From: an uncultured Acidobacteriota bacterium
Lineage (GTDB): Bacteria > Acidobacteriota > UBA6911 > CAINFC01
Assembly: GCA_903847975.1 (NCBI GenBank)
Contig: CAINFC010000310.1
Coordinates: forward strand, 1-27,512
Length of the DNA stretch: 27,512 nucleotides
Direction of reading: 5' to 3'
The notes below the pieces were generated by a model. That model worked only from the letters and a program-made list of their open reading frames with translations. It was not told where the DNA came from and did no database searches. Made by a program: the position numbers and the translations under genes. Shown here one piece after another: positions 7,418 to 15,533 of the stretch; positions within the stretch are counted from its first letter, which is position 1; each line of letters begins with the position of its first letter.

Positions 7418-8674
7418 ATGGAAATCTCAAAAGGTTTTCCGTCGGGGTTGTTTTCAGGCGTCCTGATTCTGGCATGGATCGCCGGCCCGCTCGGGCAGCC
7501 ATTGCACGCCCAGTCTTATACTCCGCTGCACAGTTTCACCGGCGGCGACACCGACGGGTGCCAGCTCATGTATGGGGCCCCGGCGCTGTCCGGATCCACC
7601 CTTTTCGGCATGACTCACACCGCGGGCAGCAAAAATTCCGGTACTCTTTTTCAAGTGGGAACAGACGGGAACGGATACCAGACCCTGCACCATTTCGGCA
7701 ATCCGGAAGGGGACGGAACCACGCCGCGGGGAAGCCTGACTCTTTCGGGGTCCGTTCTGTACGGCTTCACGGCGTATGGGGGATCTCCCTACGTGTCTAC
7801 CGGGGGCACTCTTTTTAAAATCGGTACGGACGGAAACAACTACCAGCAGCTGCTGACCTTCGGCCCCGGCACTTTCGGCCAGGTCCATCCCTACGGCGCC
7901 CCGGTGATCAACGGGACCAGACTTTACGGCATGACCCTTGGCGACGGAGCCGGCATCAAGGGATCGGTCTTCGCCATGAATACGGACGGCACCGGTATCG
8001 AGATCCTGCACCCCTTCACCGGCCAGCCGGACGGGGCCGACCCCTACGGCTCTCTCACCCTGGTGGGATCCAGGCTGTTCGGGATGACCAACGCCGGAGG
8101 CCTTTACGGAACCAGCGGCGGTGGCAGCGGTCACGGCGTACTCTTTTCGCTGAACACCAACGGCACGGATTACACCATACACCACCATTTCGCCGGCTTC
8201 CCCGATGACGGCAACAATCCGACCGGGTCCCTGACGCTGGTGGGCGACCGGCTTTTCGGCATGACCGGCGGCGGGGGGAAAAACAACGCCAGCGGAGTTC
8301 TTTTTTCGATCGGCACGGACGGCACCGGGTACCGCGTCCTGCTGGACTTTTCCGACGTCGGAACCGCGGGCCCGCGTGGCGCCCTCACCTATACCGGATC
8401 CCGTCTTTACGGCACAACCTCCGCTGGAGGCGGCCCCGGAGCCAGCGGGACGGTTTTTACGGTAAAGACCGACGGCAACGGCTTTCTGATCATTCATCGC
8501 TTTCTGACCGCAACCGGCGACGGGGGGCAGCCGATCGGAGATCTGACGGTCGGCGATTCCAGCCTGTACGGGTGGACGTATGCCGGCGGCACCGGCTGCG
8601 GCGTGGTTTTTTCCCTGCCGATCCCGACGATCCAGTCCACCTTCATGCCTTCCATTTTCCGGACCCAGCCCTGA
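7418..8674 (+). CDS. Secreted tandem-repeat protein of the GloVer (Gloeo_Verruco) repeat type (choice-of-anchor tandem repeat protein)
   Basis: An N-terminal signal is followed by about 8 repeats of roughly 50 aa of the form G.LFG/LYGMT..GG..G.G.LF.(I/L).TDG.GY..LH.F.G..DG..P.GSLTL.G..LYG.T. GGGAGG lies 8 nt upstream of the ATG. Confidence 0.65.
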   Translation: MEISKGFPSGLFSGVLILAWIAGPLGQPLHAQSYTPLHSFTGGDTDGCQLMYGAPALSGSTLFGMTHTAGSKNSGTLFQVGTDGNGYQTLHHFGNPEGDGTTPRGSLTLSGSVLYGFTAYGGSPYVSTGGTLFKIGTDGNNYQQLLTFGPGTFGQVHPYGAPVINGTRLYGMTLGDGAGIKGSVFAMNTDGTGIEILHPFTGQPDGADPYGSLTLVGSRLFGMTNAGGLYGTSGGGSGHGVLFSLNTNGTDYTIHHHFAGFPDDGNNPTGSLTLVGDRLFGMTGGGGKNNASGVLFSIGTDGTGYRVLLDFSDVGTAGPRGALTYTGSRLYGTTSAGGGPGASGTVFTVKTDGNGFLIIHRFLTATGDGGQPIGDLTVGDSSLYGWTYAGGTGCGVVFSLPIPTIQSTFMPSIFRTQP

Positions 8675-9047
8675 TCCGTTCGCAAAAAGTCCAAAAACAA
8701 CCGAAGACGAACTCATAAAACAAAATCGTTTAGAGTACAGTCTTCAGACTGCGCGCGGCAAGCAGGTTACAGCCAGCAACACGCAGGCTTGTACTCTGAA
8801 CGAAGAAGATTTATTGTCAAGCCATTCACCGTAACCGACGGATGAACCGATGGGACCTGGTCCGGAAGGCAGTGCCGGCGGAAGGCAGTCGCATCCGCTG
8901 GACAAGAGAAGGTAATCGGTTTATCGTGTTTGGCGGCGACGGATGGCTGGAATACACCGGCCCGAAGCGGCTCCCCGCCGAGGCCAGGGCGGAAATGCCC
9001 GCCGGCATCGCAACCTTGTTTACCGGAGCACAGGAGAGGAGTCACGA

Positions 9048-10115
9048 ATGGAACTGCAGGGCAAGCCGGACTTCGAGGAAGCCATGCAACGGATCGACGC
9101 CTGGTTTGCCGGCGAGAAAACGGACCGCCCCCCGGTGCGCTTCTCGGAGCACAATGCCGAATACACCGGCGGGCCGGCGCTTGCCGGGCGGACCTGGCCG
9201 GACCTTCAGGCGCGCTGGTTCGACGCCGAGTTCCAGGTGGACTCCTTCCTGGATTCCATTCGCGGAAAGCGCTTCTACGGCGAAACCTTCCCGGTCTTCT
9301 GGCCCAACCTCGGTCCGAATGCCTACGCCGCCTTTCACGGGGCGGAGCTCGAATTCGGGGAGGTGACCTCCTGGATCCGGCACTGCGTGCGGGAACGCAG
9401 CGACCTGGAGCGGCTGAAATTCAGCCGCGACAACGGGTATTTCCGGAAGATCGAGGAGCTGACCCGCCTGGCCATGGAGAAGTGCGCCGGCCGGTTTCTG
9501 GTCGGCTATACCGATCTGCACGGCAGTCTGGACTGTGCCGTCGACTGGCGCGGCCCGCAGCGCCTGTGCCTCGACCTGGCCGATGACCCCGAGCTGGTTC
9601 GCGCCCTGGTTCGCCGCGCCGACGAGAGCTTCCTGCCGGTCTTCGACCATTTCGACGCGCTGCTCAAGGCCGGCGGCCAGATGTCGGTGACCTGGATGGC
9701 CATACCTTGCCGCGGAAAAATGCACGTTTCCAGCTGCGACTTCACCCACCTGGTTTCCACCGCGGTTTTCGACGAGTTCTACCTCCCTTCCCTGCGGGCC
9801 GAAGTCCGGCACTTGAGCCACAACATTTTCCACCTCGACGGCAAAGGGATGCTGCGCCACCTCGACCGGATCCTGGCCATTCCGGAAATCCGGGCCATAC
9901 AGTGGGTCCACGGCGTGGGCGACGATGCCCCGATTCTGCAGTGGCTACCGGTGATCCGGCGAATCCAGGCCGCCGGCAAGGGAGTGCTGGTCGACCTTGC
10001 GCTGCGCGAGCTGGAGCCGTTCCTGGACGCCGCCGACCCGCAGGGCCTCTATCTCTGCATTGCCGCTCCGGAGTCGGTGCAGCCCGACATCCTGAAGCGG
10101 CTGGAAAAATGGTAG
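9048..10115 (+). CDS. Hypothetical TIM-barrel protein, possibly uroporphyrinogen-decarboxylase (URO-D/MtaA-like) family
   Basis: Strong RBS AGGAGAGGA 7 nt upstream of the ATG and high GC3. Loose resemblance to URO-D family blocks (DRPPVRF near the N-terminus; CDFTHLVSTAVFDEFYLP; HLDGKG...AIQW). The family assignment is weak. Confidence 0.55.
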   Translation: MELQGKPDFEEAMQRIDAWFAGEKTDRPPVRFSEHNAEYTGGPALAGRTWPDLQARWFDAEFQVDSFLDSIRGKRFYGETFPVFWPNLGPNAYAAFHGAELEFGEVTSWIRHCVRERSDLERLKFSRDNGYFRKIEELTRLAMEKCAGRFLVGYTDLHGSLDCAVDWRGPQRLCLDLADDPELVRALVRRADESFLPVFDHFDALLKAGGQMSVTWMAIPCRGKMHVSSCDFTHLVSTAVFDEFYLPSLRAEVRHLSHNIFHLDGKGMLRHLDRILAIPEIRAIQWVHGVGDDAPILQWLPVIRRIQAAGKGVLVDLALRELEPFLDAADPQGLYLCIAAPESVQPDILKRLEKW

Positions 10116-10122
10116 CCGGCGC

Positions 10123-10147
10123 CCGGCGGGCATACGGCCCGCCGGGG
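10123..10147. terminator. GC-rich perfect hairpin (CCCGGCGGGC-atacg-GCCCGCCGGG) between convergent genes; candidate bidirectional terminator
   Basis: A 10-bp perfect stem with a 5-nt loop lies in the 55-bp gap between the stop codons of the convergent 9048-10115 (+) and 10171-12192 (-) genes. There is no clear U-tract. Confidence 0.4.
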
Positions 10148-10170
10148 AAGGGACCGGTGCCGCCTGGCCC

Positions 10171-12192
10171 TCAGGGCGTAACGATCGGGAAGGCTCCGGG
10201 AAAGGTATCGAGGATGCTCATCAGTTCGGCGAACCTCTGCGGATTTCCGGTGATTTTGATATTTCCCGAGGCGATCTCCTTCTCCAAGGTAGTGGTCCCC
10301 AGGGTGACGGCGTCGAGCGTCGAACGGGCCAGTCGCAGGGAGGTATCGGCATTCGGCTCCTCGGCGTCCTCGCGATAGGACAGGACGCAGTTCTCCAGGT
10401 TCAACACATACTGCTTGGCCGGAGTGGAATCCGTGAAGGTCCAGTTGATGACGATGCGCCGCCCCTCCGCTTTGGGCCCGTTCAGGCGGATTCCCATGTA
10501 ATCGAAGTACATCGGTATCGTCATCGCCTTGATCGTGTCGGCACTGCCGCTTCGGCTGACTCCGGCCACCGTCTGAATGCCGTGGCGCAGCTCCATGGCC
10601 CCGACCAGGTAGGAATTGCGCCAGCTGGCCGCTTCGGACTGGTATCCCAGCTGCTCGAGAGCATCGGCTTCCAGCAGCTGGGCCGCCCGGTTTTCCGGTT
10701 CGGCAAAGACCACCTGGCCCATGATCCAGGCCACCCAGCGGTACTCGCCCCGCTGGAAGTCCTGCCGCGCCCGGGCGATGGCCGCCGCGGAACCGCCCAG
10801 GTAGCGGACCAGCTTGCGGGCGTTTTCCACCGGCGGCAGCATGTGCAAATTGGCGGGATTCCCGTCGAACCACCCGATGTATTTCTGATAAATGGCCTTC
10901 ACGTTGTGGTTGACGGTGCCGTAGTACCCCCGCGTGTACCACTGCTTTGCCAGGCTGGGAGGCAGGGAAATCATCTCGGCGATTTCCGTCCCGGTGTAGC
11001 CGAGATTGATGAGCCGCAGGGTCTGGTCGTGCAGGTATTTATACATGTCGCGCTGTCCGGCCAGGTACGACACGATCCGGGCGTTCCCCCAGCGCGGCCA
11101 GTGGTGCTGGGCGAACAGTACCTTCACTTTGCTGCCGTAGCGGGTGAGGCACTGCTGGAGATCCTCCCCCCATTTTTTGGAGTCGCGGACCTGGGCGCCG
11201 CGCAGGGTAAGAATATTATGCATCAGCGGGCAGGCAATTTCCGCGGAGTTGAGGATATCCCAGTCGGTAAAGTACAGGGTCATTTCCGCAGGGGCCTCTG
11301 TTTCGGAAACCAGCAGGAATTCGATATTGACCCCGTCGATGTTCAGCCGGGTGCCGGACTGGCGGATCGTTTCCGTGGGAGCGATCAAAGTGGGCGTTCC
11401 GGCGGGCATCACCTTGCCGATGCCGCTGTCGACATGCCCGCGGTCGCCGCGCGGCAGCAGCATGCCGTAAAAATACGCGGTGCGGCGCGACATGGCGGTG
11501 CCGGCATATACGTTTTCGCTGATGGCCGCTTCCAGAAATCCTTCCGGGGCGATGATCCGGACATTCCTCTTTTTAACCTCCTCCTCGCTGATGACTCCCT
11601 TCACCCCGCCGTAATGGTCCATATGGCTGTGGGTGTAGACGACGGCGACCACCGGCCGCACGCCGCGATTGCTGTAGTAGAGATCCAGGGCCATCCTGGC
11701 GGTCTCCCGGTTGCTGACCGGGTCGACCACAATGATGCCGGTCCTGCTTTCCACGATGGTCAGGTTGGAGGCATCGAAGGAGCGCACCTGGTAGATGCCG
11801 TCGGAAACGTGGAAAAGTCCGTTCTGCAGGTTCAGCCAGGCCAGGCGCCACAGGCTGGGATTCACGGTCTCAAAGGAGTTGGCGTGATTCAGAAAGTCGT
11901 ATGGGCTCAGATCGAAAATGGCCAGGCCGGTATCGTTTTTAATGGTCACTTCCGGCAGGGTGACCACAAAGCCCTTGCGGGCCTCTTCCAGGTCCTGCTT
12001 GTCGGAAAAGGGAAGAGCTTCCAGCACCGCCGCATTCATCTGGGAGGTATAGCGACTGGCGGCTTTGGGGGCCAGGGCCATCGGACCGCCGGCTTCGGGG
12101 GAAGCCGCTTCGGGGGCCGGCTGCTGGGCGCGGGCTTCCGATGCCGGGCCCGCCAGGCAGGCCAATAAAAAGAAGGAAGGAAGGAATTTCAT
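10171..12192 (-). CDS. Metallo-beta-lactamase-fold alkyl/aryl-sulfatase (SdsA1/Bds1 family) with a signal peptide
   Basis: MBL motif VVAVVYTHSHMDHYGGVKGV. The N-terminal region (TSQMNAAVLEALPFSDKQDLEEARKGFV) and the length of about 670 aa fit the SdsA1-type alkylsulfatase architecture (MBL plus dimerisation plus SCP2-like C-terminus). Signal peptide MKFLPSFFLLACLAGPASEARAQQ. Start chosen at the second Met (codon 32 of the track ORF), which is preceded by AAGGAGAA. Confidence 0.75.
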   Translation of the reverse strand: MKFLPSFFLLACLAGPASEARAQQPAPEAASPEAGGPMALAPKAASRYTSQMNAAVLEALPFSDKQDLEEARKGFVVTLPEVTIKNDTGLAIFDLSPYDFLNHANSFETVNPSLWRLAWLNLQNGLFHVSDGIYQVRSFDASNLTIVESRTGIIVVDPVSNRETARMALDLYYSNRGVRPVVAVVYTHSHMDHYGGVKGVISEEEVKKRNVRIIAPEGFLEAAISENVYAGTAMSRRTAYFYGMLLPRGDRGHVDSGIGKVMPAGTPTLIAPTETIRQSGTRLNIDGVNIEFLLVSETEAPAEMTLYFTDWDILNSAEIACPLMHNILTLRGAQVRDSKKWGEDLQQCLTRYGSKVKVLFAQHHWPRWGNARIVSYLAGQRDMYKYLHDQTLRLINLGYTGTEIAEMISLPPSLAKQWYTRGYYGTVNHNVKAIYQKYIGWFDGNPANLHMLPPVENARKLVRYLGGSAAAIARARQDFQRGEYRWVAWIMGQVVFAEPENRAAQLLEADALEQLGYQSEAASWRNSYLVGAMELRHGIQTVAGVSRSGSADTIKAMTIPMYFDYMGIRLNGPKAEGRRIVINWTFTDSTPAKQYVLNLENCVLSYREDAEEPNADTSLRLARSTLDAVTLGTTTLEKEIASGNIKITGNPQRFAELMSILDTFPGAFPIVTP

Positions 12193-12268
12193 ACATCGTT
12201 CTCCTTGGAATAGGTTGGGGATCGTGCTTCCGGCAACGGACCGGCAGCCACCAGGCACAGGATTCTTC

Positions 12269-13675
12269 TCAGAGCTCACGGACAACCTGGAAGCCCATCA
12301 GGCGGCCCATGCGTTCGACATTCCTCACGTGGTCGCCGTAAAAAACGACCCGGTGCAGTCCGGCCGTAAAATGGTTCAGCCACTTTTCGGCATCGCTCAC
12401 CCGGGTGCGAATCTGGCTGCGGCAGCCCCGGTCGCTGTCCCGGACGGCGTCGATGACTTCCGCGGTGGAAAGGAGCATGCGCTGCGGATCGGTAAAGCGG
12501 GCCACGGTCACGGTTTCGTCCGCGGGCATAAGAACCTGCAGGACGGCCCCCTCGTTGGTTTCCAGATGGTTGCGAATCAGATAGGGAGAGGCCGGCCCGT
12601 TGATTCCCAGCATGCGCGTGGCCGAAACGCAATGGGCATGAATGACTTCGTTCCGGCTGGCATCGAACACCGGATCGGAGACGAAACCGGGCATTCCGGA
12701 AAAAGAGGTGACCAGGATCTGCGTCATGGTGGAGGCCAGGTCGCCTTCACAAACTCCGTACAGTCCGGCATCGTTGAATCTGGACCAGGCAATGCAGGGG
12801 TAGCCGGGCAGGGTGTTGGCCGCCAGCGAGCCGAAGCAGTCGATGGTGATGGCGTTGGCTTCCTCCCTGTGCAGCAGGTTTTTCAGGGCCAGGTAAAAAC
12901 GCACTCCGTCCAGGATCTCCCGGGGGGAGGGCTCGACCACCCGGACGGCGCCGCGGACAAAAGCCTCGGCCTCCTGTCGGGCTTCCTTTTCTCCCACCGC
13001 CTCGAAGGCCTGCCGGAAATCCGGCCCGGCCAGAAACCGGAACTGCGTGCCGAAGTGCTTCTGATAGGCGGCGGCAGCGGCTTCGCGGCTCTGGGGCGTG
13101 GCCGCACCGACCAGCACCTTGCTTTTGCGCAGATGGCGGACGGTATGGAACATGCGCATGTACGGATCCAGGTCGCCGTAGCTGCTGCCGGCCACCACTT
13201 CCAGCTTTTTCTCGGCGGCGCGCCAGCCGGCAATGGACGACCAGGCATGCGTGGCGTAGGGGCGGGAAAAAAACAGGGCCGGTACCTCCAGGGCGTCCAC
13301 CAGGGCCCGCAAGGCGGGAGTCGGCTGCGCCACGGGGATTATCAATACCCCGTCCAGTTCCCCCATGGCCGCCAGCCAGGGGCGGACTTCCTGCTCGGAG
13401 GATAAAATCTCTCCTCCGACCAGCTGCACGTGCGCGGCATGTTTGAGCCCCACCTCGGCGATGCGTTCCTCGACGGCTTTGACTTCGGCCGCCACATCCA
13501 GAGTGGGCTTCGGCCAATGGACCTTGGGCGCGGCCAGATACACCCGGGCCACGCGGGCCGGTGCGTTCCATGGCCCGGAAACGGCCTGCCGGGCCATGGC
13601 CGTCCAGGCCAGGGGAAAGCCGCAGAGGGAAAAGCCGAAGTGGCGCCGGCTGGTTCGAAAAATAGCGGACGACAT
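12269..13675 (-). CDS. L-arabinose/L-fucose isomerase-family protein with an N-terminal twin-arginine (Tat) signal peptide
   Basis: GVCEGDL and HAHCVS motifs plus C-terminal-domain-like sequence resemble AraA/FucI-family sugar isomerases. The N-terminus TSRRHFGFSLCGFPLAWTAMA fits the S/T-R-R-x-F-x-hydrophobic-AxA Tat pattern. The ATG at 13675 has an AGGAGG RBS. The gene ends 77 nt before the sulfatase start, so the two are probably co-transcribed. Confidence 0.55.
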   Translation of the reverse strand: MSSAIFRTSRRHFGFSLCGFPLAWTAMARQAVSGPWNAPARVARVYLAAPKVHWPKPTLDVAAEVKAVEERIAEVGLKHAAHVQLVGGEILSSEQEVRPWLAAMGELDGVLIIPVAQPTPALRALVDALEVPALFFSRPYATHAWSSIAGWRAAEKKLEVVAGSSYGDLDPYMRMFHTVRHLRKSKVLVGAATPQSREAAAAAYQKHFGTQFRFLAGPDFRQAFEAVGEKEARQEAEAFVRGAVRVVEPSPREILDGVRFYLALKNLLHREEANAITIDCFGSLAANTLPGYPCIAWSRFNDAGLYGVCEGDLASTMTQILVTSFSGMPGFVSDPVFDASRNEVIHAHCVSATRMLGINGPASPYLIRNHLETNEGAVLQVLMPADETVTVARFTDPQRMLLSTAEVIDAVRDSDRGCRSQIRTRVSDAEKWLNHFTAGLHRVVFYGDHVRNVERMGRLMGFQVVREL

Positions 13676-13908
13676 AAGTTCCTCCTGCCGAAGGATATTC
13701 CTCCGGCGCAATGAAGTGTGAATGAAAGTGGATAATTTATAAGGCTGTCAAAATACGAAACAGCGATTGCTCTTTCCTTTTTGCCATGGGATCAGTGTAT
13801 CGGATGATCCGCCGGAAGACAAGCCAAACCGCCGGAAGAATCCTGCGCCAAGGAGGGGTGCCCCCGGTTTCCCGCCTCTTTTCTCTCTTCCTTCTCTTCC
13901 CGTCCTTT

Positions 13909-13956
13909 ATTTACTTAAATATTTACATTGACATTTACATACGTCCGGAATATACT
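13909..13956 (+). promoter_or_regulatory. lexA promoter: -35 TTGACA (13928-13933), 17-nt spacer, -10 TATACT (13951-13956). Three ATTTAC(T/A)T direct repeats starting at 13909, 13921 and 13933 (12-bp phasing) overlap it.
   Basis: Read directly in a local AT-rich island, 30 nt upstream of the lexA ATG. A GGAG RBS lies 5 nt before the ATG. Confidence 0.55.
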
Positions 13957-13985
13957 GAAAAAGAAAACATCGCCACGGAGAAACC

Positions 13986-14630
13986 ATGCCACCGCCATTG
14001 ACGGAAAAACAAAAATCCTGCCTGGACATCCTGGAGCACTACCTGGAACGGACCGGCGTCACCCCCAGCCTGCGGGAAACCGCGCGGAAGCTGGGCGTCA
14101 GCCACGCCGCGGTCGTCCAGCTGCTGAAGGCCCTGGAGGAAAAGGGGTACCTGCAGCGCGAGGGGCGCTACAGCCGGAAGATCCTGCTTTTAAACCGCAA
14201 CCGGCAGACGGCCGGGCCGCAGCGCTGGCGGGAGGTCCCCGTTCTCGGGCGGATTGCCGCCGGACTCCCCTTTTACGCGCAGCAGGAGTGGGGCGGCACC
14301 CTGGTGGTCGACAGCGGCTTTTTCAAAGGGCAGAACCTGTTCGCCCTGCGGGTGCAGGGCGACTCCATGACCGGAGCCGGCATCCTGGACGGCGACCTGG
14401 CGCTGTGCGAGCCGCGGCAGTACGCCCGCAACGGGGAAATTGTCGCCGCCCTGGTTCACCAGGAGGAAGCGACGGTCAAGACCTTTTTTCAGCACAAGGA
14501 CCGGCTGGAGCTGCGTCCGGCCAACAGCCGCTACCCGCCCCTGTTTTATGCGCCGGAGGAGATCCTGATCCAGGGGAAGGTGGTCGGCATTGTCCGGGGT
14601 CCGGAACACTTTTCCGTACCGTCGCGCTAG
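13986..14630 (+). CDS. lexA: SOS repressor LexA (wHTH plus S24 peptidase autocleavage domain)
   Basis: N-terminal wHTH (LTEKQKSCLDILEHYLERTGVTPSLRETARKLGVSHAAVVQLLKALEEKGYL), Ala-Gly cleavage site in VLGRIAAGLP, Ser-Lys dyad (GDSMTGAGILDGD and VKTF). The length is 214 aa. Confidence 0.9.
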   Translation: MPPPLTEKQKSCLDILEHYLERTGVTPSLRETARKLGVSHAAVVQLLKALEEKGYLQREGRYSRKILLLNRNRQTAGPQRWREVPVLGRIAAGLPFYAQQEWGGTLVVDSGFFKGQNLFALRVQGDSMTGAGILDGDLALCEPRQYARNGEIVAALVHQEEATVKTFFQHKDRLELRPANSRYPPLFYAPEEILIQGKVVGIVRGPEHFSVPSR

Positions 14631-14669
14631 ACGGCACGGGCAGGACGGCCGGAACGATTCGGGGCGGAA

Positions 14670-15533
14670 ATGAGTCACTGGGGTGCATTTCATAACGGGC
14701 CTCCGGCGGCGGCCCGGACCGCGGGGCGCATTTTCGTCGGCACCTGCGGCTACGCCTACCCGGACTGGCGGGAAAGCGGCTTTTATCCGCCGGATATCCG
14801 CGCCGGGGCCATGCTGTCCTTTTACGCCCGGACCTTTCCGATCACCGAACTGAATACCACCTGGTACCAGATGCCGCGCGAAGAGGTCATGGAGCGGCTT
14901 CTGGCCCAGGCCCCCACCGGCTTTCTTTTTACGGTCAAGCTGCACCGCAGTTTGAGCCACGAGGCGGAGCCCTCCCGGACTTCCTCCCAGACCGCCGCCT
15001 TCCGCCGCGGATTGACCCCACTACTCCAATCCCGGCGGCTGGCGGCGGTTCTTTTGCAGTTCCCGGAATGCTTCGACCGCTCCCCCGCGCACCGCCGCCG
15101 GCTGACCTCCCTGCTGGAGCTACTTTCCGGGCTGCCCCTGGCCGTCGAATTCCGGCACGACTCCTGGGCCGCCGACAAGGTGTTCGCGGAAATGGAGAAG
15201 CGGCAGGTGGCCCTGGTCCTGCCGGACGCCCCCGGGCTGTCCGGCCTCTTCCCGCCGCTGCGGGTGGCCACCCACCGGAAATTCCTCTACGTCCGCTTTC
15301 ACGGCCGGAACCGCGAGCAGTGGAACCGGGGAGGGTTCCAGCGGCTGGATTACGATTACACGGAAGCGGAGCTCCAGGAGTGGATCGAACGGCAGCTGGT
15401 CCCGATGGCCGACGGCACCCGGCAGGCGTTCCTGTTTTTCAACAACCACGTGCGCGGGCAGGCGGCGCGCAATGCCGCCACCCTGGCGCGCCTTATCGGG
15501 GATTACGGACTTGAGCTGGGCAAGCTGGCATGA
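14670..15533 (+). CDS. DUF72 (YecE/UPF0759) family protein, co-transcribed downstream of lexA
   Basis: Motifs IFVGTCGYAYPDW..FYP, FYARTF...ELNTTWYQMP, FLFTVKLHR, AVEFRHDSW, YVRFHGRN, YDYTEAEL, FLFFNN and NAATL match the DUF72 family pattern. It lies 39 nt after the lexA stop on the same strand. Confidence 0.8.
   Translation: MSHWGAFHNGPPAAARTAGRIFVGTCGYAYPDWRESGFYPPDIRAGAMLSFYARTFPITELNTTWYQMPREEVMERLLAQAPTGFLFTVKLHRSLSHEAEPSRTSSQTAAFRRGLTPLLQSRRLAAVLLQFPECFDRSPAHRRRLTSLLELLSGLPLAVEFRHDSWAADKVFAEMEKRQVALVLPDAPGLSGLFPPLRVATHRKFLYVRFHGRNREQWNRGGFQRLDYDYTEAELQEWIERQLVPMADGTRQAFLFFNNHVRGQAARNAATLARLIGDYGLELGKLA

Noticed and set aside
7454-8716. 420-aa minus-strand ORF opposite the GloVer-repeat gene
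   Set aside because: Arg/Gly/Ala-rich junk translation. The plus frame has signal peptide, RBS and ordered repeats.
10582-13405. Plus-strand ORFs 10582-12168 and 12065-13405, and minus ORFs 10049-10942 and 12747-13571, overlapping the sulfatase/isomerase genes
   Set aside because: All are low-complexity Gly/Arg/Pro frames overlapping two well-supported minus-strand genes with MBL and isomerase motifs.
13786-14001. 71-aa ORF overlapping the lexA promoter
   Set aside because: Translation of the AT-rich promoter island (…FIYLNIYIDIYI…). It overlaps the -35/-10 elements and the lexA start.
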